IMG/VR virus record: IMGVR_UViG_3300003320_000853 | Length of the DNA stretch: 64,000 nt | From: a virus | Lineage: Duplodnaviria; Caudoviricetes | Reading direction: 5' to 3' (one strand) | Made by a program: the position numbers and the translations under genes | The notes under the pieces: model-generated | What the model was told of the DNA's origin: nothing | The model's input: the letters and a program-made list of their open reading frames with translations, nothing else | Database searches by the model: none | In this document: positions 10,311-18,476 of the stretch, one piece after another | Position numbering within the stretch: the stretch's first letter is position 1 | Layout: each line of letters opens with the position of its first letter

Positions 10311-11294
10311 ATGGCGCTCTCGTTCCTATTCCGTACGGATACCCATGTTGCCGACAGGAGCCCTGGTTCCTGGAAGGGCGACTACCCGGCCGAGATTTGG
10401 AGCAACCTCGACCAGATCGGGACGATGGCCAAGGAGCGCGACGTTCGGGCGGTTCTCGACGGGGGCGACTACTTCCACGTCAAGACGGCGAGCAGGAATC
10501 CGCATGCCCTCGTCGAGCGGACGGCTCGGATCCATCGGGCCTACCCGTGTCCTGTGTGGTGCGTCGAGGGGAACCACGACATCGCGTACAACAACCTCGA
10601 CACGTTGGCGAAGCAACCTCTCGGGGTGCTCTATGCAACGGGGGTCTTCGAGCACCTTCGGGATCATGTCTTCGAGGAGGGGGGACTTCGGGTGCGGGTC
10701 GTCGGCGTGCCGTACAGCCCCATCCGGACGGTGGCCGAGCTGCAACGTCTCCAGAAGCAACCGGGAGACGACGTGCTCATCGCCATCGTCCATGCGCTCG
10801 CCGCTCATGACCCTCCCCCGAGCGTGGAGGGATTCTTCGGCGAGCCGGTCTTCAAGTATGCCGACCTCGTGACTCCGGACGGCCCCGACGTCTGGTGCTT
10901 CGGCCACTGGCACAAGGATCAGGGCATCGTCACGGTCGGGGGCAAGCAGTTCGTCAACCTTGGGGCGGTGAGCCGGGGAGCCCTCGTCCGAGAGAACACG
11001 CTGCGAACGCCCCAGGTGGCCCACATCGAGGTCTCTCCCGGGAGTATCAGGGTATGGCCGATCCCGCTCATCGTCGCGCCAGCCGAGGAAGTCTTCGACT
11101 TCGAGCGCAAGCAACGCGAGGAGGCGGAAGACACGGCAATCGACCTCTTCGCCGCGAGGGTCAAGGCCGACACCATGATCGACCCGACTGCGGGCATCGA
11201 GGAGACTTTGAAAGCTCTTGACTCTGCCCGTGAAGTGCGGGATCTCGCTCAAATGTATCTGGAGCGAGCGCGTGCCTTGGAGGGCGTCGGCTGA
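10311..11294 (+). CDS. sbcD: Mre11/SbcD-like metallophosphoesterase nuclease
   Basis: TDTH, GGDYFH, GNHD, H, GHWH, NLGA motifs. Confidence 0.92.
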   Translation: MALSFLFRTDTHVADRSPGSWKGDYPAEIWSNLDQIGTMAKERDVRAVLDGGDYFHVKTASRNPHALVERTARIHRAYPCPVWCVEGNHDIAYNNLDTLAKQPLGVLYATGVFEHLRDHVFEEGGLRVRVVGVPYSPIRTVAELQRLQKQPGDDVLIAIVHALAAHDPPPSVEGFFGEPVFKYADLVTPDGPDVWCFGHWHKDQGIVTVGGKQFVNLGAVSRGALVRENTLRTPQVAHIEVSPGSIRVWPIPLIVAPAEEVFDFERKQREEAEDTAIDLFAARVKADTMIDPTAGIEETLKALDSAREVRDLAQMYLERARALEGVG

Positions 11295-12199
11295 TGTACC
11301 TGTCGTTCTCCGGGTGGAAGAAGTTTGGCACCTGTCCCAACGCGTACTGGCATAGCTACATCGGCAAGAGCGTCCTGGAGGTGCCCGAGAACCGGGTCAA
11401 CTCCCTCTACGGGTCGATGGTGGGGAGACTCTTCGAGGTCTTCTACAACGACGCGATCTGGAGGCAGTCGGGGACGGTCAACATTCTCCTGGAGAAGATC
11501 GAGCCCGAGTTGGATCAGCTCCTCATCAAGGAGGAGCGGTCGGGCCGCATCGACTGGAAGGACGAGAAGGCCAACTACCATTCGAGGGCCGAGCTGGTCG
11601 AGGATATCCGGGAGGCCGTTCCTCGGGGGCTCGAAACGATTCGCTTCCATCGACTCATTGGTCGCGACGCCAAGGCCGAGGTCAAGCTCGACATGCAGAT
11701 CGAGGGACACACAATCGGCGGTCGCGCAGACTTCGTGATGACCCGGGTCGCCCCATACGAGGATCTCGTCATCCTCGACGGCAAGGGTTCGAGGCATCGG
11801 GAGGCGTACGTCGACGACCGCCAGCTCCTCTGGTACGCGATGCTCTACCGACTTCGCTTCGGCAAGACGCCGGACAAGCTCGGGTTCGTCTTCTGGCGGA
11901 TCGAGCCGGAGAAGGCCGTCGACTGGATGTTCTTCTCGGAGAGCTCCCTCGATGAGATGCAGGAAACCGTGCTCTCGTACGTCCGGCTGATCGAGGAGGG
12001 CGTCGAGGCGCTCGCGACGGGGGATGAAGAGAAGCGACGCCTCGTGATGGCGGAGACTTTCCAGGCACAGCCGGGGGAGAAGTGCAAGCTCTGCTCTTAC
12101 ATCTCCCTGTGCCCCGCTGGACAAAGCTTCATGTCGAAGACCCATCAGATCCCAGTCTTTGCAGGCGCGGGTGTAGAGGACGTTGGTCTCGACGTCTGA
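11294..12199 (+). CDS. PD-(D/E)XK exonuclease, Cas4/AddB-like with Fe-S cysteines
   Basis: N-terminal Cys (TCP), GRAD...ILDGK, QLLWYA, C-terminal CKLCSYISLCP. Confidence 0.88.
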   Translation: MYLSFSGWKKFGTCPNAYWHSYIGKSVLEVPENRVNSLYGSMVGRLFEVFYNDAIWRQSGTVNILLEKIEPELDQLLIKEERSGRIDWKDEKANYHSRAELVEDIREAVPRGLETIRFHRLIGRDAKAEVKLDMQIEGHTIGGRADFVMTRVAPYEDLVILDGKGSRHREAYVDDRQLLWYAMLYRLRFGKTPDKLGFVFWRIEPEKAVDWMFFSESSLDEMQETVLSYVRLIEEGVEALATGDEEKRRLVMAETFQAQPGEKCKLCSYISLCPAGQSFMSKTHQIPVFAGAGVEDVGLDV

Positions 12200-12214
12200 A
12201 CGGAGAGGATCGGA

Positions 12215-12487
12215 ATGACGCCGGAAGAGATCAGGAAGAAGATCGAAGACCTCACGCGCCGAAGCGAGAACGTCGGCAAGCGGAAGGCACAGCTCGAAGG
12301 GCAGCTCCAACAGGTGAAGGAGAACCTCGCCGAGCTGATCCAGGAGATCAAGGCCGCGGGGTACGACCCCAAGACCCTCTCCGCCGAGCGGGATAAGGCG
12401 GAGGCGCAGCTCCTGGCGGAGATGGCCGACTACGAGACGAAGCTCAAGGCCGTCGAAACGGCCCTTGCCGAATACGACAAGAAGTAG
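12215..12487 (+). CDS. Small coiled-coil protein
   Basis: 90 aa heptad-rich; SD GGAGAGG. Confidence 0.8.
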   Translation: MTPEEIRKKIEDLTRRSENVGKRKAQLEGQLQQVKENLAELIQEIKAAGYDPKTLSAERDKAEAQLLAEMADYETKLKAVETALAEYDKK

Positions 12488-12504
12488 TCTCAGATGAGGA
12501 TGAA

Positions 12505-13794
12505 ATGAAGATCACGCTCAAGCTCAAGGATCTGATCGACGCGCTCGATATCGTCTCGATCGTCCCCCCGAACCCGATCACTCCCCAGGGGGGTGCGGGC
12601 TACCTATTCGTCATTCGAGAGGGATCCTCCTGCTCGATCTACTCGCGGGATGCGCTTCACGTGGCGCGGGCCACGATCGGCTGCATGATGGGGGATGGTT
12701 ACACGGGGGAGGGGTCGTTCATCTTCCCGGCGGGGTTCACGGACGGGTTCCGCTTCCTCAAGGACGAGGAGATCGAGATCGAGGCGAAGCAGGAGGCCGA
12801 CGCGTTCACGGTCTCTTGGAGCACGGGATCGGGTGCGGGTGCGGATCGGGCTTCGTACGATCCCAAGCTCATGGGCTCGTGCGACAAGGATCTCGCCGAG
12901 GCGACCGACGAGCGCAAGTTTCCCGTCGGTCTGTTCCGGGAGGCCCTTTCCCTGGCGAAGCCCTTCCTCGCGAAGGCCAACGACACGCGCGTTCCCGAGC
13001 ACTTCAAGACGATCCAGCTCTTCGACACCACGAAGCCCGAGTGGGCCAAGGGGTCGGGCAACCTCTTCGCGGCGGACGGCATCCAGGCCTTCTGGTTCTA
13101 TTCCGACGCCTTCAAGGACAAGGGGTTCTCGATCCACACGCAGCACATGGGGTTCCTGTCGAGCTTTCTCGCGAAGTCTTCGGGTGAGGTCACTTTCTGC
13201 ACCGGCAAGAACATGACCTTCGCGACGGACGCGAAGGGCAACGTCCTCGGGTGGGCGCACCATTCGGCGATGCACGCGAAGTTCTCCTACCTCGCCCTCT
13301 CCCTCGACAAGATCATCCTGGCGCTCCCCAAGACGCTCACGGTCGACGCGCTCAAGTTCATCCGCTCGGAGCTGGGGCCCAAGGAGGACAAGATCAACCT
13401 CACCATCGGCGGCTACAAGGACGTCGAGGTCGGTGACAAGACGCAGCGGCACGCGACGATGGTCTTCCGAGTCGCCGAGACCCGAGGCAAGGCGCGGAGC
13501 TTCCCCCTGACGGCCGTCCTCGTGGGGGGCACGGAGGAGCGCGAGGTCAACTTCAACGTCAACATCGATCGCCTCATCGAGCTGGTCGACGGCGTGAAGG
13601 GGATCGACGTCCAGCTCCGGATCGCGGTCATGCCGGCGAACGATCAGCGTCCGAAGGAGTCCGCGATGTTCCGCACCATCGACGAGTTCCTGATGGACGG
13701 GGACGGCAAGATCGTCGGAGACATCCGCGCCGAGACGAGGCCCGAGGGCGCTTTCGAGTGCCGCGTCACCCGCTTCATGCCGAGCAAGGACTGA
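12505..13794 (+). CDS. dnaN: DNA sliding clamp (DnaN/beta-like), divergent
   Basis: Start MKITLKLKDLIDAL, three alpha/beta domains, LFAADG, FNVNIDRLIELV; dnaX nearby. Confidence 0.65.
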   Translation: MKITLKLKDLIDALDIVSIVPPNPITPQGGAGYLFVIREGSSCSIYSRDALHVARATIGCMMGDGYTGEGSFIFPAGFTDGFRFLKDEEIEIEAKQEADAFTVSWSTGSGAGADRASYDPKLMGSCDKDLAEATDERKFPVGLFREALSLAKPFLAKANDTRVPEHFKTIQLFDTTKPEWAKGSGNLFAADGIQAFWFYSDAFKDKGFSIHTQHMGFLSSFLAKSSGEVTFCTGKNMTFATDAKGNVLGWAHHSAMHAKFSYLALSLDKIILALPKTLTVDALKFIRSELGPKEDKINLTIGGYKDVEVGDKTQRHATMVFRVAETRGKARSFPLTAVLVGGTEEREVNFNVNIDRLIELVDGVKGIDVQLRIAVMPANDQRPKESAMFRTIDEFLMDGDGKIVGDIRAETRPEGAFECRVTRFMPSKD

Positions 13795-13822
13795 CCCGGC
13801 TTCAGGAGATAGGATACCTCAC

Positions 13823-14029
13823 ATGAAAGTTCGACCCAAGATCGTCCTCGATGTCCAGCGCATCGAGACCGGAGATCAGGCTCGCCGTGTCGACATCTTC
13901 CCCAAGGAGATTCCGCCCAAGGGGTGGGACGCCTTCATCGGGGATTACCTCGTCAAGGGCCCCGTGGGAACGTTCATCGCTCCGGCGGCGACGTTCGACC
14001 AGGACTACGAGGTCATCGACCCGGTGTAG
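13823..14029 (+). CDS. Hypothetical protein
   Basis: SD AGGA; GDYLVKG..G...TF...YE pattern common in small phage proteins. Confidence 0.65.
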   Translation: MKVRPKIVLDVQRIETGDQARRVDIFPKEIPPKGWDAFIGDYLVKGPVGTFIAPAATFDQDYEVIDPV

Positions 14030-14037
14030 GGCCCGTC

Positions 14038-14691
14038 ATGGAGGACGACTGGACGAAGAGAACCGAGGCGGTCGTCCTCCAGGTCACACGACTCCAAGCG
14101 CTCCGTGACCAAGCGGCGGCTGACGTCGAGACCAAGACTGCGGAGATCGCAGCCCTCTCGACTCAAGTCGAGAGGCTGGCGAAGGTAGGGGAGCTGCTCC
14201 GCTTGCTCCTCGACCGGCTCGTAACCGATCGCGTCCGCTCCCTCGAAGACCTCGTGACCGAGGGGCTCCGGTCGATCTTCTTCGACCAGGAGTTGAGCTT
14301 CGAGGCCGAGCTCGGCCAGAGCCGGAACAAGGTCTCCGTCGACTTCTTCATCCGTCAGGGCAAGGAGACATCGGTGCGAGGGCATCCGCTCGATTCGTTC
14401 GGTGGTGGGCCGGCGACGATCGTCTCCCTCATCCTCCGAACCATCTTGCTGCTCCGTCTCAAGCGCTACCCTCTCATCCTTCTGGATGAGAGCCTCGTGG
14501 CGCCCTCGGACGAGTATGTGCCGACCATCGGCCGCTTCCTCAAGAAGCTCTCCAAGACGACCGGGATCCCGATCTTGTTCGTCACCCAGAACCGCCACTT
14601 CACGGAGCATTCCGACCACCCTCTCCTCGGGGTCGAAGAGGTCGCCGAGGACGGGAGCTGGTCGCTCGGCATCCGCCGGATCCATAGATGA
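14038..14691 (+). CDS. Rad50/SbcC-like ATPase, C-terminal half
   Basis: Short coiled coil, signature-like SFGGG, Walker B LILLDES, H-switch position FVTQ; preceded by CGGTGTAG. Confidence 0.8.
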   Translation: MEDDWTKRTEAVVLQVTRLQALRDQAAADVETKTAEIAALSTQVERLAKVGELLRLLLDRLVTDRVRSLEDLVTEGLRSIFFDQELSFEAELGQSRNKVSVDFFIRQGKETSVRGHPLDSFGGGPATIVSLILRTILLLRLKRYPLILLDESLVAPSDEYVPTIGRFLKKLSKTTGIPILFVTQNRHFTEHSDHPLLGVEEVAEDGSWSLGIRRIHR

Positions 14692-15245
14692 AGACGAAGA
14701 CAGAGATCGAAGATAGGATCCGCTTTCTTCTCGCGAAGGAATTGGAGAGGCGTGTCATGAAGGCCACCGAACGCCTTCCCCATCGCTGCATCTACAACCT
14801 CCGCCAACCCCTCGATACGAGGCGCAGGGTCGAGGACGAACCCAATCCCTACTACAATCGGATCACGCTGGGGATCGGTCCGGATGGGGTCCCCCTTCCC
14901 GTTCATCAGACGATCGGCCTCTGCATGTTCAAGGACAATGCCGAATCGGAAGGACAGCCGCTCCTCACGATCTGCGAAGACCCCATCGACGCGCAGCGCT
15001 GTCCGGTCTTCTCGCCTCGGGTTACGAAAGAAACCCTCTGGAAGGAGTTCAGCGAACAGATCCAGAATTCGGTCTGGATCCATGAGAACCTCCCCGATGT
15101 CTCCGCCCTGTACTGGGCCCTCGACACCGGCCGCACTGTGAAGGCCCCGTGGTGGCTCCGCATCCTCTACCGTTTTCTTCGGATCCGGCCCGAGCCCCTC
15201 CGTGGAAAGACCGATCTCATGAAGCTCCTGCCCCCGGCGTCCTGA
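14688..15245 (+). CDS. Hypothetical Cys-containing protein
   Basis: Overlapping stop/start at both ends; four spaced Cys. Confidence 0.7.
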   Translation: MKTKTEIEDRIRFLLAKELERRVMKATERLPHRCIYNLRQPLDTRRRVEDEPNPYYNRITLGIGPDGVPLPVHQTIGLCMFKDNAESEGQPLLTICEDPIDAQRCPVFSPRVTKETLWKEFSEQIQNSVWIHENLPDVSALYWALDTGRTVKAPWWLRILYRFLRIRPEPLRGKTDLMKLLPPAS

Positions 15246-15850
15246 TGCCTCGCTTTTCGATCCTCGAACAGATCCTCTCCGTCGAGCGCTACCGGCAGCG
15301 GGTATCGGAGAAGCGTGGCGGGTACGCTATGCCAGTTCTCGGGAAGAGGGCGATGTCTCCTGCGGAGGGTCCATTTTTGGTCACCAATGCGAGGGGTCGG
15401 TTCGCTGCCACACGGGTGTCGCGGGATGGGTTCGTGAACTTCGGGTTCTCCCCGAGCCCGCCCGACGAAAGTCAGGACGAGCTACTCCTTCGCCTCTATG
15501 AGGCGGCACGCCATTTCTCTGCATTGGAAGGATGGTCGACCCGGTGTAGTAGGGTGTCGGAGGCGATCGACCGGCTCCGCGGATCCGGACTATCTCCTCG
15601 CTCCCTCATCATCCCCATGGCGACCGTCAAGGAAGTCTGCGGGGTGGAGCTCCAAGCCTCCGAGAGCGGCTTCGTGACCAAGATCGAAGGAGACGTGAGA
15701 GTGTACGTGGCCCCACTTCCGGAAGATGCGGCCCTCGTTCTTCCCGCACCGGAGACCCTCGGTCTGTTCTCCCGTGTCGGAGACTATGTGGGGATTGTGA
15801 TGAAACATGCCAACCGTACGCTGATGGTGGTTGGCCGTGACGTGGCTTGA
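15245..15850 (+). CDS. Hypothetical protein with weak similarity to the C-terminal half of the MCP
   Basis: TGATG coupling; APETLGLF and VGIV segments align by eye with MCP EPENFGRF and VGIG. Confidence 0.6.
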   Translation: MPRFSILEQILSVERYRQRVSEKRGGYAMPVLGKRAMSPAEGPFLVTNARGRFAATRVSRDGFVNFGFSPSPPDESQDELLLRLYEAARHFSALEGWSTRCSRVSEAIDRLRGSGLSPRSLIIPMATVKEVCGVELQASESGFVTKIEGDVRVYVAPLPEDAALVLPAPETLGLFSRVGDYVGIVMKHANRTLMVVGRDVA

Positions 15851-16571
15851 GGATTTCGTCACGGTAGCGGGTAGAGACATCCCCGACCGAGCGCGGGAGA
15901 CCCTCTGGGGGAGGGGGGTCTCCGATGAGCAGATCGAAACGTTCGGGATCGGGTACGTAGGCCGAGACCTCCCGGAGGTCATGCTTCCGGAGACCTTCGT
16001 CCGATGGGCCGGGGACAAGCTCGACGACTGCTTCGTCCTCCCGATCACCAACGCCATCGGCGAGATCCGAGGTCTCCAGTTCCGGCACGTCGAGCGGGGT
16101 CGCTCCGGCTACATGGATTTCCTGTCCGAGCAGGAGGAAGCCGTTGGCTTCGGGCTCGCTCAGGCGATGGAGTCGGTGTGGACGAGGGAGGAGGTCGTCC
16201 TCGTCGAGGGCGCCTTCGATGCTCTTCCGATTCAACGCGTCATGCCAGCGGTGACCGCGACCCTGACGGCCCGTGTCACCGAACCCTTCGTGAGACTTCT
16301 GCGACGTCTTGTACGGCGTGTGTGGATCGGATATGATAACGATCCGACCGGAAACCGGGCGTATCAAAGGTTTCTGAGTCAGTACGGCCGAGACTTCGAC
16401 ATCCGGAGGCTTACCTACCCCAAGGCCCTTTCCGGTGGAAAGCCTGCAAAGGATCCCGGGGACCTCTGGGAGGCGTGGGGGGATACTCGGCTCAAGCAGT
16501 TTCTCCAGTCTTCGATGCGGCTGGACCATTTCATGGAGGACGATCATGCCGAAGGTGTACAGCGAAGCTGA
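15831..16571 (+). CDS. dnaG: DNA primase, DnaG catalytic/Toprim core without N-terminal Zn domain
   Basis: RGVS...FGIGY, FVLPI...G.QFR, LVEGAFD, YDNDPTG, KDPGD. Confidence 0.85.
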   Translation: MAVTWLEDFVTVAGRDIPDRARETLWGRGVSDEQIETFGIGYVGRDLPEVMLPETFVRWAGDKLDDCFVLPITNAIGEIRGLQFRHVERGRSGYMDFLSEQEEAVGFGLAQAMESVWTREEVVLVEGAFDALPIQRVMPAVTATLTARVTEPFVRLLRRLVRRVWIGYDNDPTGNRAYQRFLSQYGRDFDIRRLTYPKALSGGKPAKDPGDLWEAWGDTRLKQFLQSSMRLDHFMEDDHAEGVQRS

Positions 16572-17049
16572 AACGGTCGAGACCCTGGCCAAGCCGCTCA
16601 TCGCGCCGTTCCATCCGGAGCTGGCGACGGCCAGGATCAAGTACGTTTACGTGGACAAGGGGTCCATGAAGGCGGGTCGTCCGGTCTTCGTCAAGGTCAA
16701 GAAGCTCTCGGGGATCTCGGAGTTCCTCATCGGTGCAGACTTCGTGATCGAGGTCGCGCTCGATCATTGGAACGATCTGGACGAGAACCAGCGGAACGCG
16801 GCCATCGACCATGCCTTGGAGCGATGCTCCGGCGAGGAGGACGAGAGCACGGGTGAGATGGTGTGGGTCGTCAGGGAGCCCGACGTCCAGGAGTTCACCT
16901 CGATCCTCCGGCGCCATGGGGCGTGGAACGCCGATCTCACGACCTTCGCCAGCGTGGCGAAGGCGATCGACATCGAGGGGTTGGTCGAGGACGTCTCGGC
17001 GGGCAGCTTCGAGCAAGTCCTGGAGGGCGAGAGCGCGCTCGCGAACTAA
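16546..17049 (+). CDS. Phage metallopeptidase-like fold protein with degenerate metal motif
   Basis: DFVIEV...W..L......IDHALERC...PDVQEF..I.RRHGAW matches the family pattern, but HExxH is lost. Confidence 0.6.
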   Translation: MPKVYSEAETVETLAKPLIAPFHPELATARIKYVYVDKGSMKAGRPVFVKVKKLSGISEFLIGADFVIEVALDHWNDLDENQRNAAIDHALERCSGEEDESTGEMVWVVREPDVQEFTSILRRHGAWNADLTTFASVAKAIDIEGLVEDVSAGSFEQVLEGESALAN

Positions 17050-17054
17050 TCCCC

Positions 17055-18470
17055 ATGTGGGACACCAAGTACAGGCCCAAGCGATTCGCGGATGTCCTTG
17101 GTCAGCGGGGCACCGTTCAGATTCTACAGACGCGCCTTCGGGAAGGGACCGCTCTCAACAAGAGCTACATCTTCTCTGGGGGTCACGGGCAGGGCAAGAC
17201 TACGCTCGCTCGGATCGTGGCCCGAGCGATGCTCTGCATGAACCTCGACAAGGCCAATCCCGAGCCTTGCAACGAGTGCGACAACTGTCTGGAGATCCTC
17301 GCGGATTCCTCTCTCGCGTTCCAGGAGCGCGACGCGACGACTAGCGGGAACGTGGATGCCATCCGGGCCCTCGTCGAAGAGCTTCCCTTCGCAGTCTTCG
17401 GGGCTGCGAAGCGGATCCACCTCTTCGACGAGGCGCACCGGATGAGTCGCGATGCGCAAGACGTTTTGCTCAAGCCGCTGGAAGAAAAAAGGCTCGTCGG
17501 AATTTTCTGTACGACGGAGCCTGAGAAGATTCGCGGCACGATCCGCTCGCGGTGCGAGGAGTTCACGATTCGCAAGGTCACCCGGGAGGACATCCTTGTC
17601 CGGATGAAGGCGATCCTCGATGCCGAGGGGGTGGCGTACGAGGACGATGGCGTGCTCACGATCATCGACTACTCCGGCGGCCACGTGCGCGACATCCTGA
17701 ACCGGATGGAGATGGTGGCGCAGATGGGCGATGTGAATCTCGCCAACGTGCGCGAGTACCTTCAGCTATCCGTTGTCTCTACGTTCTACGAGATCCTCCT
17801 CTCCCTTGGGACGTCGCAGAAGGCGATCGAGCTCGCCGAGCAAGCATGCGAGCGGGTCTCTCCCCAGGAGGTTGCCGATGGCCTCGCTGAAGCGGCGATG
17901 AATTCCTACCGGATGGCCAACGGGATGTTCGCCGAGTTCGTCTACGTCGACCGGACGATGGGTCAGAAGGTCTTCGACGCCTTCGGCGCGAACATCCTCA
18001 AACTCGCCGAGTTTTTTCTCTCCCGCCGGCATACGACGAAGATCAACCTCTTCTGCGACATCTTGAGCCTTGCGGGAGGCGTCCCGGCACAGGCTCAGGC
18101 GCCTGTGATGATCGCCGCTCCTGTCCAGGTGATCGCCGCTCCTGCCCCGAGTCCGGCCCCAGCATCTCTGCCACCGCCTCCAACTCCCGCGGCACCGGCT
18201 CCGGACAGAGCTCCAGCCAAGGCGCCGGAGAAGAAGGCGTCCCACGGTACGCGCACGGATGGCGTTGGATCGCTTGGGTCGAGCGACCTCCTCGCTCTCA
18301 CAGAGCTGGATCACAAGGGTGTGCCCTCGCAGAAAGCACGAGGGCGGGATCAGGCACCCCTCACCGTCGCTTTTCCTCGTCGTGGAGAGGTCAACGACGA
18401 CAGTCGCCTTCTGACGCCGGACGAGTGGCGTCGGGAGTTCGAGCGGACCTGGCAGCTCGGCCGAGGGTAG
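17055..18470 (+). CDS. dnaX: DNA polymerase III gamma/tau clamp-loader subunit
   Basis: KYRPKRFADVLGQ, GGHGQGKTT, PCNECDNC, FDEAH, LLKPLEE, TIRSRC, GHVRD; Pro/Ala linker. Confidence 0.95.
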   Translation: MWDTKYRPKRFADVLGQRGTVQILQTRLREGTALNKSYIFSGGHGQGKTTLARIVARAMLCMNLDKANPEPCNECDNCLEILADSSLAFQERDATTSGNVDAIRALVEELPFAVFGAAKRIHLFDEAHRMSRDAQDVLLKPLEEKRLVGIFCTTEPEKIRGTIRSRCEEFTIRKVTREDILVRMKAILDAEGVAYEDDGVLTIIDYSGGHVRDILNRMEMVAQMGDVNLANVREYLQLSVVSTFYEILLSLGTSQKAIELAEQACERVSPQEVADGLAEAAMNSYRMANGMFAEFVYVDRTMGQKVFDAFGANILKLAEFFLSRRHTTKINLFCDILSLAGGVPAQAQAPVMIAAPVQVIAAPAPSPAPASLPPPPTPAAPAPDRAPAKAPEKKASHGTRTDGVGSLGSSDLLALTELDHKGVPSQKARGRDQAPLTVAFPRRGEVNDDSRLLTPDEWRREFERTWQLGRG

Positions 18471-18476
18471 TCGTTC

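Noticed and set aside
11294-12199. Cas4-like gene as a sign of a CRISPR system
   Set aside because: No repeat-spacer array or other cas genes seen; stand-alone phage nuclease in a recombination cluster
17485-17491. AAAAAAG in dnaX resembling the E. coli gamma/tau frameshift site
   Set aside because: Wrong phase (GAA AAA AGG) and located inside the AAA+ core
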